Origin: Bacteroidales bacterium
GTDB lineage: Bacteria > Bacteroidota > Bacteroidia > Bacteroidales > UBA932
Direction of reading: 5' to 3'
Length of the DNA stretch: 55,981 nt
Assembly (NCBI GenBank): GCA_009781275.1
Contig: WQYK01000001.1
Coordinates: 1 to 55,981 of the forward strand
Within the stretch, counting starts at the first letter, position 1. Each line of letters begins with the position of its first letter. Below are positions 1 to 6,913 of the stretch, piece after piece. Below the pieces are notes generated by a model. The model worked only from the letters and a program-made list of their open reading frames with translations. It made no database searches and had not been told where the DNA came from. A program made the position numbers and the translations under genes.

Positions 1-6
1 GGGGTG

Positions 7-14
7 CAAAGATA
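7..14 (-). promoter_or_regulatory. Candidate Bacteroidota -7 promoter box (TATCTTTG) reading out of the left window edge
   Basis: The reverse complement of caaagata is an exact match to TAnnTTTG. The gene it would drive lies outside the window. Confidence 0.3.
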
Positions 15-126
15 GGTATATTTTTCAAACCGCAAAACAAATTTAGTTATCAACAGCAAATGTGGCGATTGTTCATAACTTTAAAACGTTTCTTACACCT
101 ATTCATAATATTACCATTTTTTTTAT

Positions 127-134
127 TAACTTTG
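127..134 (+). promoter_or_regulatory. Candidate -7 promoter box (TAACTTTG) for efp
   Basis: Exact TAnnTTTG match, with 29 nt between the box and the efp ATG at 164. Confidence 0.5.
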
Positions 135-163
135 CAGCCAATATTAAACAAGTATCTCAATTT

Positions 164-730
164 ATGGCTACTACAGCTGATTTTAGGAATGGTCTTTGCA
201 TTGATTATAACGGAAAACCCTGTTCTATTGTGTGGTTTCAACATGTAAAACCAGGAAAAGGAGGCGCTTTTGTAAAGGTAAAAATGCGCAACTTAGACAA
301 TGGCCGCATCTTGGAAAACACCTTTACCGCAGGCGAAAAAATCGATATCATTCGTATTGAAAGGCGTCCCTATCAGTTCTTGTATAAAGACGATACCGGA
401 TTTCACTTTATGCACGGAGAGACCTTTGAACAGATTGACCTTCAGGAAGACATGCTGGATAACTCAGACCTTATGAAAGAGGGTCAATATGTGGAGATGA
501 TGTTCCACGCCGATGAAGAGCGTGTGCTTACTTGCGAACTACCCCCATTTGTAGAAATGGAAGTAACCTATACTGAACCGGCGGTAAAAGGCGACACCGC
601 TTCGACCAACGCCCAGAAAAGCGCTACGCTCGAAACCGGCGCCACCATTATGGTACCTCTTTTCATTAACCAAGGAGAACGAATCAAAGTCGATACAAGA
701 GACCGATCGTACGCTGAACGAGTAAAATAA
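164..730 (+). CDS. efp: Translation elongation factor P
   Basis: 188-aa product from ATG 164, in the frame of ORF 62..730. MATTADFRNG...VKPGKGGAFVKVKMRNL carries the conserved KPGKG loop, and the length is typical of EF-P. The 34 upstream in-frame codons look non-coding and contain the promoter box. Confidence 0.95.
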   Translation: MATTADFRNGLCIDYNGKPCSIVWFQHVKPGKGGAFVKVKMRNLDNGRILENTFTAGEKIDIIRIERRPYQFLYKDDTGFHFMHGETFEQIDLQEDMLDNSDLMKEGQYVEMMFHADEERVLTCELPPFVEMEVTYTEPAVKGDTASTNAQKSATLETGATIMVPLFINQGERIKVDTRDRSYAERVK

Positions 731-737
731 ACCTCAC

Positions 738-2660
738 ATGAAACCATTCATCCCTCTATTTCTACTTTTATTGACATGCTCTTGTTCTTTACGAGAGCAC
801 AGGCAAGAGGCAATCACACCGCAACAGATAGAAACGGCTATCGCCAGCGGATCGTTTACCAAAGCCGAGTCCATGATCAATGATTACCTCTACGTAAATA
901 ACGTTTCGATCAAAGAGCGTCAAAAATGGCTCTTTCAAATAGAGAAAATGAATCGGATCCGGATGGATTTCACGATGACGGAGGAGGATGTACTTGGCTA
1001 TCTCAGTAATTATTATGACTCTATCTCACCCATGCAGATTCGCATGTGGGAAGAGGGCAAAGCGCTGGAGTACAAAATAATTGATGGGAAAAAACGCTAT
1101 TTTAACCACGCCGCCAGAAACTTGTTTCGCATCAGCCTTGTCGCCCGCAAACAGTGGGAAAGGGTGCACGGAGCCAGACCGGATAGTTTGCAACGATTTC
1201 TGTCTGCAAACCTCCCGACAGTGGTTAAAAGTGTGCAAACAAAACGTAGCGCTTTGGTAGACCCTGTCAGCATGGAAGTGACTTATACCCTGACTGTCAA
1301 CCCCAATGCCATTCCTCCAGGGGAGTTGGTTCGCGTTTGGATGCCCATGCCCCGTACAGATGTTGCCCGGCAAACCGATGTGAAGCTGATTTCGACCAAT
1401 CAACCTAACTACGTACTATCGTCCGATATGCACGCCCATAAAAGCATCTACATGGAAAAACGGGCAAGAGCAGACGAACCAACCGTCTTCTCCTACACTT
1501 TCTCCTATACCTCTTATGCCGAATGGTACGACTTTAAGCCTTCTGATATCAAATTATATGATGCCCAGTCTTTCATCTATCAGACCTATACCCTTGAGCA
1601 AGCTCCGCACATTATTTTCTCCGATCGGATAAAAAAGATAACCGAAGAAGTGGTGGGAAGCGAACAAAACCCATACCTCAAAGTGAAAAAAATCTACGAC
1701 TGGATTGATAAATCTTTCCCTTGGGCCAGTGCACGAGAGTACTCTACGATTGACAATATTCCGGAATACGTACTGGATAATAACCATGGCGATTGCGGAC
1801 AGGTGTCGCTGCTCTTTATCACCATGGCCCGCTATGCGGGCATCCCCGCCAGATGGCAAAGCGGCTTTATGATGCATCCCGGTAATCATGGTCTGCACGA
1901 CTGGGCCGAAGTATACTACCAAGGTGTTGGTTGGGTCCCGGTTGACCAATCGTTTGGCCGCCTCCGGTCGTCTCAGGATCCCGGCGTTTATTGGTTTTAC
2001 ACCAAAGGTATTGACGCTTTTCGCATGATCGTAAATCAGGATATTAGCAAAGATTTTTACCCTGTTAAAATCTATCCGCGTAGTGAAACTGTTGATTTTC
2101 AACGTGGAGAAGTCGAATGGAGAGGAGGAAACCTCTATTTTAACTATTGGACCTTTAACATGAACGTTACCTATAAGCCCGCTACCGACCCTGTGTCTGC
2201 TCAAAAAACAACAAAAGCTATTCGTGGCGGTGGCCCGGATCAATACATGTTGCCTTTTACAGAGGGTGGGTATCGCAGATCGGAAGAGTATCGATACGGA
2301 GACAATCCCTCTCAAATAAACTCCTCCCCCTCCCCGTATCAACTCCGCGGCAATAGCGGCAATCCTCAAGAAGACGCCATTAGGAATTACAATCAGCGCA
2401 CCTATCTAAGAAATACTGAGGGAACTCGTTTTCAAGATGAACGGTACGATTGGAGTGATTACTATCCCCCAGGATCCTACTATCCCGAAGACAGATATGT
2501 TCCGCCCTCCGAACGCTCTCTCTTCCCGGGAAGTGGTTACAACCCCTCCTATCGCAGAGACCAGCTGGGCGATCCCATCATACTTCCCCCCCTGGACGAC
2601 GCAAGAAGGTTCCAGACCAATCCGGGCAACCCCTATACCGATTACGGATATAGAAGATAG
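738..2660 (+). CDS. Transglutaminase-like cysteine-protease-fold lipoprotein with a long low-complexity C-terminal tail
   Basis: Signal peptide with lipobox (LLLLTCSCS). Transglutaminase core pattern: HGDCGQVSLLF (Cys), HDWAEVY (His), GWVPVD (Asp). The last 145 aa are rich in Tyr, Arg, Pro, Gly and Asn. Confidence 0.8.
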   Translation: MKPFIPLFLLLLTCSCSLREHRQEAITPQQIETAIASGSFTKAESMINDYLYVNNVSIKERQKWLFQIEKMNRIRMDFTMTEEDVLGYLSNYYDSISPMQIRMWEEGKALEYKIIDGKKRYFNHAARNLFRISLVARKQWERVHGARPDSLQRFLSANLPTVVKSVQTKRSALVDPVSMEVTYTLTVNPNAIPPGELVRVWMPMPRTDVARQTDVKLISTNQPNYVLSSDMHAHKSIYMEKRARADEPTVFSYTFSYTSYAEWYDFKPSDIKLYDAQSFIYQTYTLEQAPHIIFSDRIKKITEEVVGSEQNPYLKVKKIYDWIDKSFPWASAREYSTIDNIPEYVLDNNHGDCGQVSLLFITMARYAGIPARWQSGFMMHPGNHGLHDWAEVYYQGVGWVPVDQSFGRLRSSQDPGVYWFYTKGIDAFRMIVNQDISKDFYPVKIYPRSETVDFQRGEVEWRGGNLYFNYWTFNMNVTYKPATDPVSAQKTTKAIRGGGPDQYMLPFTEGGYRRSEEYRYGDNPSQINSSPSPYQLRGNSGNPQEDAIRNYNQRTYLRNTEGTRFQDERYDWSDYYPPGSYYPEDRYVPPSERSLFPGSGYNPSYRRDQLGDPIILPPLDDARRFQTNPGNPYTDYGYRR

Positions 2661-2685
2661 TTTGCAGTTTCATGTAACAAATAGC

Positions 2686-2720
2686 GGCGTCATTCGTTCT
2701 CTTTATGTATGAATAACGCC
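2686..2720 (+). other. Imperfect inverted repeat (GGCGTCATTC / GAATAACGCC) spanning the sigma-factor start codon, followed by a T-rich tract
   Basis: 10-bp arms with one mismatch and a 15-nt loop that contains ATG 2709. GCTTTTTCTGTTTTT follows. It could be the terminator of the upstream gene or a start-site-sequestering hairpin. Confidence 0.35.
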
Positions 2721-3221
2721 GCTTTTTCTGTTTTTATCACCTCAGTCAGGCCAAAGCTCTACCGCTTTAGCCTAAGTCTGCTCAAGCGGAGCGATGCTGC
2801 AGAAGACGTGGTGCAGGAGGTGGGATTGAGACTTTGGAAAGGCGTTCACAAGGGAAACCTCCATCCGCACATGGAGGCTTTGGCCATGTGTACGGCCAAA
2901 AACCTGTGCATCGATATCCTTCGCAAGAACACCAAAATAGGCAAGGACCATACTGAAAAACAGAATCATTACACCGATCCCCATACAGAACGCTCCCCCC
3001 AGCTTGTCTTAGAGGAGAAAGAGATGCATGCCGGTATATGCAAGCTTATAGACCTGCTGCCTTTACAACAGCAAATGTGTATCCGTTTGCGGGATGTAGA
3101 GGGCTATGAACTGGAGGAGATTGCCCAAATTCTTGAATGTGAAGAAGGGAGCGTCCGTACCAACCTTTCGCGCGCCCGCAAAAAAATCAGAGAACAAATC
3201 AACCAACTATGGAACCGATAA
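2709..3221 (+). CDS. ECF-type RNA polymerase sigma-70 family factor
   Basis: 170 aa. Region 2 pattern LYRFSLSLLKRSDAAEDVVQEVGLRLW and region 4 pattern LRDVEGYELEEIAQILECEEGSVRTNLSRARKKI. Confidence 0.9.
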   Translation: MNNAAFSVFITSVRPKLYRFSLSLLKRSDAAEDVVQEVGLRLWKGVHKGNLHPHMEALAMCTAKNLCIDILRKNTKIGKDHTEKQNHYTDPHTERSPQLVLEEKEMHAGICKLIDLLPLQQQMCIRLRDVEGYELEEIAQILECEEGSVRTNLSRARKKIREQINQLWNR

Positions 3222-3679
3222 ACGAAACCACCGCTCGCCAACTCTTAGAGCGTTACCATCAAGGAGAGACCTCTTTAGCAGAAGAGAAGCAACTGTCTGC
3301 CTACTTTTGCCAGGCCCTTCTTCCCGCCGATCTGCTCCCCTACCGCACCCTCTTCCGTTTTTTTCGGGACGAGGCGGCCGTCACGCCTCCTGAATCGGCG
3401 CCCCTCCCCAAGCATCGTATCTACCTGCGGATTTTTGCCCCGATTGCCGCAGCTGCAGCGTGTTTTCTCCTCTTTTTTACACTATACAGTCCGGCCCAAC
3501 ACGATTTTGTATGTTATCAAGACGGTCAACGGATACAAGATCAGGAAGAAGCGCTACAATTAGCTCAACAGCAGTGGGAACAAATGTCTCTTAGGATTCA
3601 AAAAGCAACGGCCCTTGCAGATAAATGGGAACAGATGAAAAACTACACAGAAACAATAAACAAATACATACCGCGATGA
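3209..3679 (+). CDS. Putative anti-sigma factor (single-pass membrane protein)
   Basis: Overlaps the sigma gene by 13 nt. It has one hydrophobic span (IFAPIAAAAACFLLFFTLY) and sits where ECF operons usually carry the anti-sigma factor. I recognised no enzymatic motif. Confidence 0.55.
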   Translation: MEPINETTARQLLERYHQGETSLAEEKQLSAYFCQALLPADLLPYRTLFRFFRDEAAVTPPESAPLPKHRIYLRIFAPIAAAAACFLLFFTLYSPAQHDFVCYQDGQRIQDQEEALQLAQQQWEQMSLRIQKATALADKWEQMKNYTETINKYIPR

Positions 3680-4206
3680 AAAGAAGAATCATAACCCGTA
3701 TCAGCCTTTTATCCATTCTCTGGCTGATTTTTGCCTCCGGAGTCCTCTCTGCCCAAAACAGGCGCATACAAACCATGGAAGACCTCTTTGCCAAATATGA
3801 GCAGACAAAAGGGGTGGGATACATCAGCATCTCCCCAAGTTTGCTAAAGTTGGCAAAAGCAGCCGATTCCAAAGAGTTGGACGAAGTGTTCAATAGCATT
3901 GTCTCCTTAAAAATCCTGAATATGGATATTACGCCCGATTTGGAAAGCCTGGCCAACCGAATCAGACAGGATGTGCAAAATTTGGTAAAACAACAGAGTT
4001 ACGAAGAGATTGTAAAGATGAAGGATGGCGACAGCAACTTTGTTATCTACCTGTCGAGAAACAAGGATAAAAACAGCAAGCAATTAGAGGCGTTACTCAT
4101 GATAGCCAACGATGAGTCCGAATTGGTGCTCATCGGAATATCGGGAAGAATTACCCAAAAAGTGATCGACGCCATCTTAGACGGAAAAATCGGAATTATA
4201 CCTTAA
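3676..4206 (+). CDS. DUF4252-like secreted protein of the ECF-sigma module
   Basis: ATG 3676 overlaps the upstream stop (ATGA). Signal peptide MKRRIITRISLLSILWLIFASGVLSAQ. The size and the sigma/anti-sigma context resemble DUF4252 proteins of Bacteroidota. The family assignment is from memory and was not searched. Confidence 0.65.
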   Translation: MKRRIITRISLLSILWLIFASGVLSAQNRRIQTMEDLFAKYEQTKGVGYISISPSLLKLAKAADSKELDEVFNSIVSLKILNMDITPDLESLANRIRQDVQNLVKQQSYEEIVKMKDGDSNFVIYLSRNKDKNSKQLEALLMIANDESELVLIGISGRITQKVIDAILDGKIGIIP

Positions 4207-4228
4207 TAAAATTAAAACAAACCACCCA

Positions 4229-5008
4229 ATGAACCGACACAAAGCCATACTCCTATTTGCGGCGCTCTCTTTTGGCACCCTTGCCGCCGCTCAAAACCAA
4301 ACAGAGGCCCAACCCACCCGAATCAGGATTGGGGAGACGGTGCTCACCCTTCAGTCCCCTTTACGGGTACAGCCCGTTGAACAAGACAGTTTAGATATTG
4401 ACATTCACTTTTTTGCACCAAAAACGCATCGAACCCGTACCTATCCCCGCTTTAGCGAAGAGGGGTATATCGGGTTTGGATTTGCCGTACCTACTCACAA
4501 TGACGACTATCTTCCCATCCATTCGGGAAACTCCTTTAACTTAGAGATTGGATCGAGGCACCTCTACCATCCCTCCAAACACTACGCTATTGGCGTCCAT
4601 TTTCAATACAGTTGTTACTCCTACCGTATGGTCGACGCCATCCCCATATTTATGGATAAAGTGCCTCCTGGAGAGATCTACCGCGAGTACTTTAGAACCG
4701 ACAATCTTGGCACCGGATTGGTACAGCGTGTGCGCCTCTTTCCCGGGTTTTGGGTTGAGGGCACTGTGTATGGAGACTGGGCCTATAGCAAACGATATAA
4801 AGTAAAAAGCCGTGTCGATGGGAGTAAAGAGAAGACCAAGTACCGGAACGGAGAAAAGTTTAATCCCTTTGGCGCAGGGGCGCAGGCAGGCATCAAATGG
4901 AACGGCACCACATTATATGCCCGATACCGCTTTACCAACTTTTTTAATCCCAACTACATTCCCCAAGAGGTGCCACGTCTCTCTATAGGGTTGTGCTTTT
5001 CAATATAG
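4229..5008 (+). CDS. Hypothetical secreted protein, possibly an outer-membrane beta-barrel
   Basis: Signal peptide (LLFAALSFGTLAAAQ). Alternating aromatic/Gly-rich segments. It is the last gene of the ECF module. Confidence 0.5.
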   Translation: MNRHKAILLFAALSFGTLAAAQNQTEAQPTRIRIGETVLTLQSPLRVQPVEQDSLDIDIHFFAPKTHRTRTYPRFSEEGYIGFGFAVPTHNDDYLPIHSGNSFNLEIGSRHLYHPSKHYAIGVHFQYSCYSYRMVDAIPIFMDKVPPGEIYREYFRTDNLGTGLVQRVRLFPGFWVEGTVYGDWAYSKRYKVKSRVDGSKEKTKYRNGEKFNPFGAGAQAGIKWNGTTLYARYRFTNFFNPNYIPQEVPRLSIGLCFSI

Positions 5009-5632
5009 CTTCCGCACCATCATCAAGCCATCTCTGAGGGGCAGCAACACATTCTCCACCCTTGGGTCTGCCTGCACATGGTCGTTAAAAGCTGCTATGC
5101 CCTGCGTCTGCGCGTCGCGGGGCAGTGGCTCGTTCAGCACTTTTCCATCCCACAATACATTGTCGGCCAAAATAAAGCCGCCGGGGCGCAACTTGTCCAT
5201 AGCCGCCTCGTAGTAGGCTATATACTCCCTCTTGTCTCCGTCAATAAAGACCAAGTCAAAAGTTTCGTTGATTTGAGGGATGACGGCAACAGCATCGCCA
5301 ATATGCAAGACAATCCTCTCTGCAAGCCCTGCCCTGGAAAAGCCTTGCCTGATCAACTCCTCCCATTCGTCATTACACTCAATGGTGTGCAACACCCCGT
5401 CGGGCCCCATCCCTTTGGCCAAACAGAGGGCCGAGTATCCCGTAAAGGTGCCGATTTCGAGAACCCGCCCGGGCGTCAACATCACACCCACCATCGACAA
5501 AAACCGCCCCAGCACCACGCCCGACAGCATACGCGGATGAATGGCGTGCAGATGGGTTTGTCGCTCTATCCAACTTAGGGCTTCATCGGCAGGAGAGGTA
5601 TGGCTCTGCACATATTTATCGATGTCTATCAT
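5000..5632 (-). CDS. Class I SAM-dependent O-methyltransferase (caffeoyl-CoA O-methyltransferase-like family 3)
   Basis: VLEIGTFTGYSALCLA SAM-binding motif, FDLVFIDGDK and ADNVLW pattern, 210 aa. Separated by 2 nt from the M16 gene stop. Confidence 0.85.
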   Translation of the reverse strand: MIDIDKYVQSHTSPADEALSWIERQTHLHAIHPRMLSGVVLGRFLSMVGVMLTPGRVLEIGTFTGYSALCLAKGMGPDGVLHTIECNDEWEELIRQGFSRAGLAERIVLHIGDAVAVIPQINETFDLVFIDGDKREYIAYYEAAMDKLRPGGFILADNVLWDGKVLNEPLPRDAQTQGIAAFNDHVQADPRVENVLLPLRDGLMMVRKLY

Positions 5633-5634
5633 TG

Positions 5635-6864
5635 TTATATGTACAACAGCGTAGACATTGCATCCGGAGTAAAAAGCTCCTGCGCAATCTCCATAATTTG
5701 ACTGGATGTTACGGCGTTAATCTTGTCAGAAGTTTGTTCAAGAGACTCCACTTTTCCAAAGACCAACATACTCTTGAGCTGGTTCAGACACTTTGATTCG
5801 GCGTTATCGGCGGCAATGGTGAGCTGTCCGATGAGTTGCTTTTTGATGCTTTGTAGTTGCTGGGGGGAAAGGGGCGCCTGACATATTTTATCTAACTCTG
5901 TACGAACTAAACTGAGACAACGCTTCCAATCGTACTTGTCGGAGCCAAAGTAGATGCCGGCCACGCCGCTGTCGGAGTAGGGGGTATAGGAGGCCTCCAC
6001 GTTGTAGACAAGTCCATGTTTTTCGCGGAGTAGGAGGTTTAAGCGGGCATTGGGGGAGGTTCCCCCCAAAAAGTTCATGAGGAGCGCCAATGCAATACGC
6101 TTGGGATCGGAGTATGGATAAGCACGAACACCGGTCAGGCAGTGCGCCTGATGGGTGCGTCTGTGTTTTTCTAAAAAGAAGGGGGTGGGCAGATCGCCAT
6201 GATATGACGGTGGCGCCATAAACGAGATGGAGGCGAGGTCAAAATGGCGCTGCATCAGGGTTTGCATCTGCCGTTCGGAAATATTGGCCACCACCGACAG
6301 TACAATGTGAGAAGGGACAAAGAAACGTTGTGCAAAGTCAAACAAGTCGGAGCGTTTGATCAACGCCAATGATTGACGGGAGCCCAAAATAGGCGTTGAC
6401 AGCGGGTGTTCTCCAAAAAGAAGCTGATCAAACTCATCAACAATCAACTCGGAGGGGCTCTCTTTATAGGAGCTGATTTCGTCTGCAATCACCTCTTTTT
6501 CTTTAGCCAGCTCCTGAACCGGAAAGGTGGAGTGAAAGAAAATATCGGACAACAGGTCAAACGCTTTGGCCAAATCTTCCTTTAAAACGGTGGCGTGGAC
6601 CACCAGCTCCTCTTTGGTTGTGTAGGCATTTAATTCCCCGCCCAACCGCTCCAACCGGTTATTGATGTGAAAGGCCGATCGTTTTTGTGTCCCTTTAAAA
6701 AGCATATGCTCTGTTAAATGCGACAGTCCGCTCAGGCGTATCGGATCCATGCGCGAACCTGCGACGATCCCCAAAGCGCAATAGGCCACCGGAGCGTTTA
6801 CAGAAGAAAAAACGCACCTTAACCCTGAGGATAACTGAAAAATATATGCAGATTCAGACTTCAT
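5635..6864 (-). CDS. M16 (pitrilysin/insulinase) family zinc peptidase
   Basis: HLTEHMLFKGT carries the inverted zinc motif HxxEH. ATG 6864 (MKSES...) is preferred over the TTG at 6882, which lies inside the promoter box. Confidence 0.85.
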   Translation of the reverse strand: MKSESAYIFQLSSGLRCVFSSVNAPVAYCALGIVAGSRMDPIRLSGLSHLTEHMLFKGTQKRSAFHINNRLERLGGELNAYTTKEELVVHATVLKEDLAKAFDLLSDIFFHSTFPVQELAKEKEVIADEISSYKESPSELIVDEFDQLLFGEHPLSTPILGSRQSLALIKRSDLFDFAQRFFVPSHIVLSVVANISERQMQTLMQRHFDLASISFMAPPSYHGDLPTPFFLEKHRRTHQAHCLTGVRAYPYSDPKRIALALLMNFLGGTSPNARLNLLLREKHGLVYNVEASYTPYSDSGVAGIYFGSDKYDWKRCLSLVRTELDKICQAPLSPQQLQSIKKQLIGQLTIAADNAESKCLNQLKSMLVFGKVESLEQTSDKINAVTSSQIMEIAQELFTPDAMSTLLYI

Positions 6865-6879
6865 GCAAAAATAGGGCGA

Positions 6880-6887
6880 CAAAATTA
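6880..6887 (-). promoter_or_regulatory. Candidate -7 box (TAATTTTG) for the M16 peptidase / methyltransferase operon
   Basis: Exact TAnnTTTG match on the minus strand, with 15 nt between the box and ATG 6864. Confidence 0.45.
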
Positions 6888-6899
6888 ACGATTATTTCG

Positions 6900-6907
6900 T
6901 ACATTTG
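6900..6907 (+). promoter_or_regulatory. Candidate -7 box (TACATTTG) for dnaX
   Basis: Exact TAnnTTTG match with only 6 nt before ATG 6914. It is back-to-back with the minus-strand box at 6880-6887. Confidence 0.45.
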
Positions 6908-6913
6908 CCGCTT

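Noticed and set aside
62-163. N-terminal extensions in the ORF track. Examples: efp from 62, DUF4252 from 3625, dnaX from 6905, DUF4251-like to 10101, murD from 16537, ftsQ from 21605, ftsA from 22342, gltX from 25283, leuS to 33777, gcvT to 36179, amidohydrolase to 42323, apbE to 43390, helicase to 50597
   Set aside because: The extended starts overlap upstream genes or promoter boxes, and several are TTG codons. Internal ATGs reproduce the conserved N-termini or signal peptides of the respective families.
1554-2369. 271-aa minus-strand ORF antisense to the transglutaminase-like gene. Similar antisense ORFs occur at 7337-8014, 35493-36233, 44766-45227, 52440-53060, 32917-33462 and 34164-34781
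   Set aside because: The reasoning is the same. Each is fully embedded opposite a confidently identified gene (dnaX, gcvT, SIS, prfB, leuS, M28) and translates to low-information, Arg/Gly/His-rich sequence.
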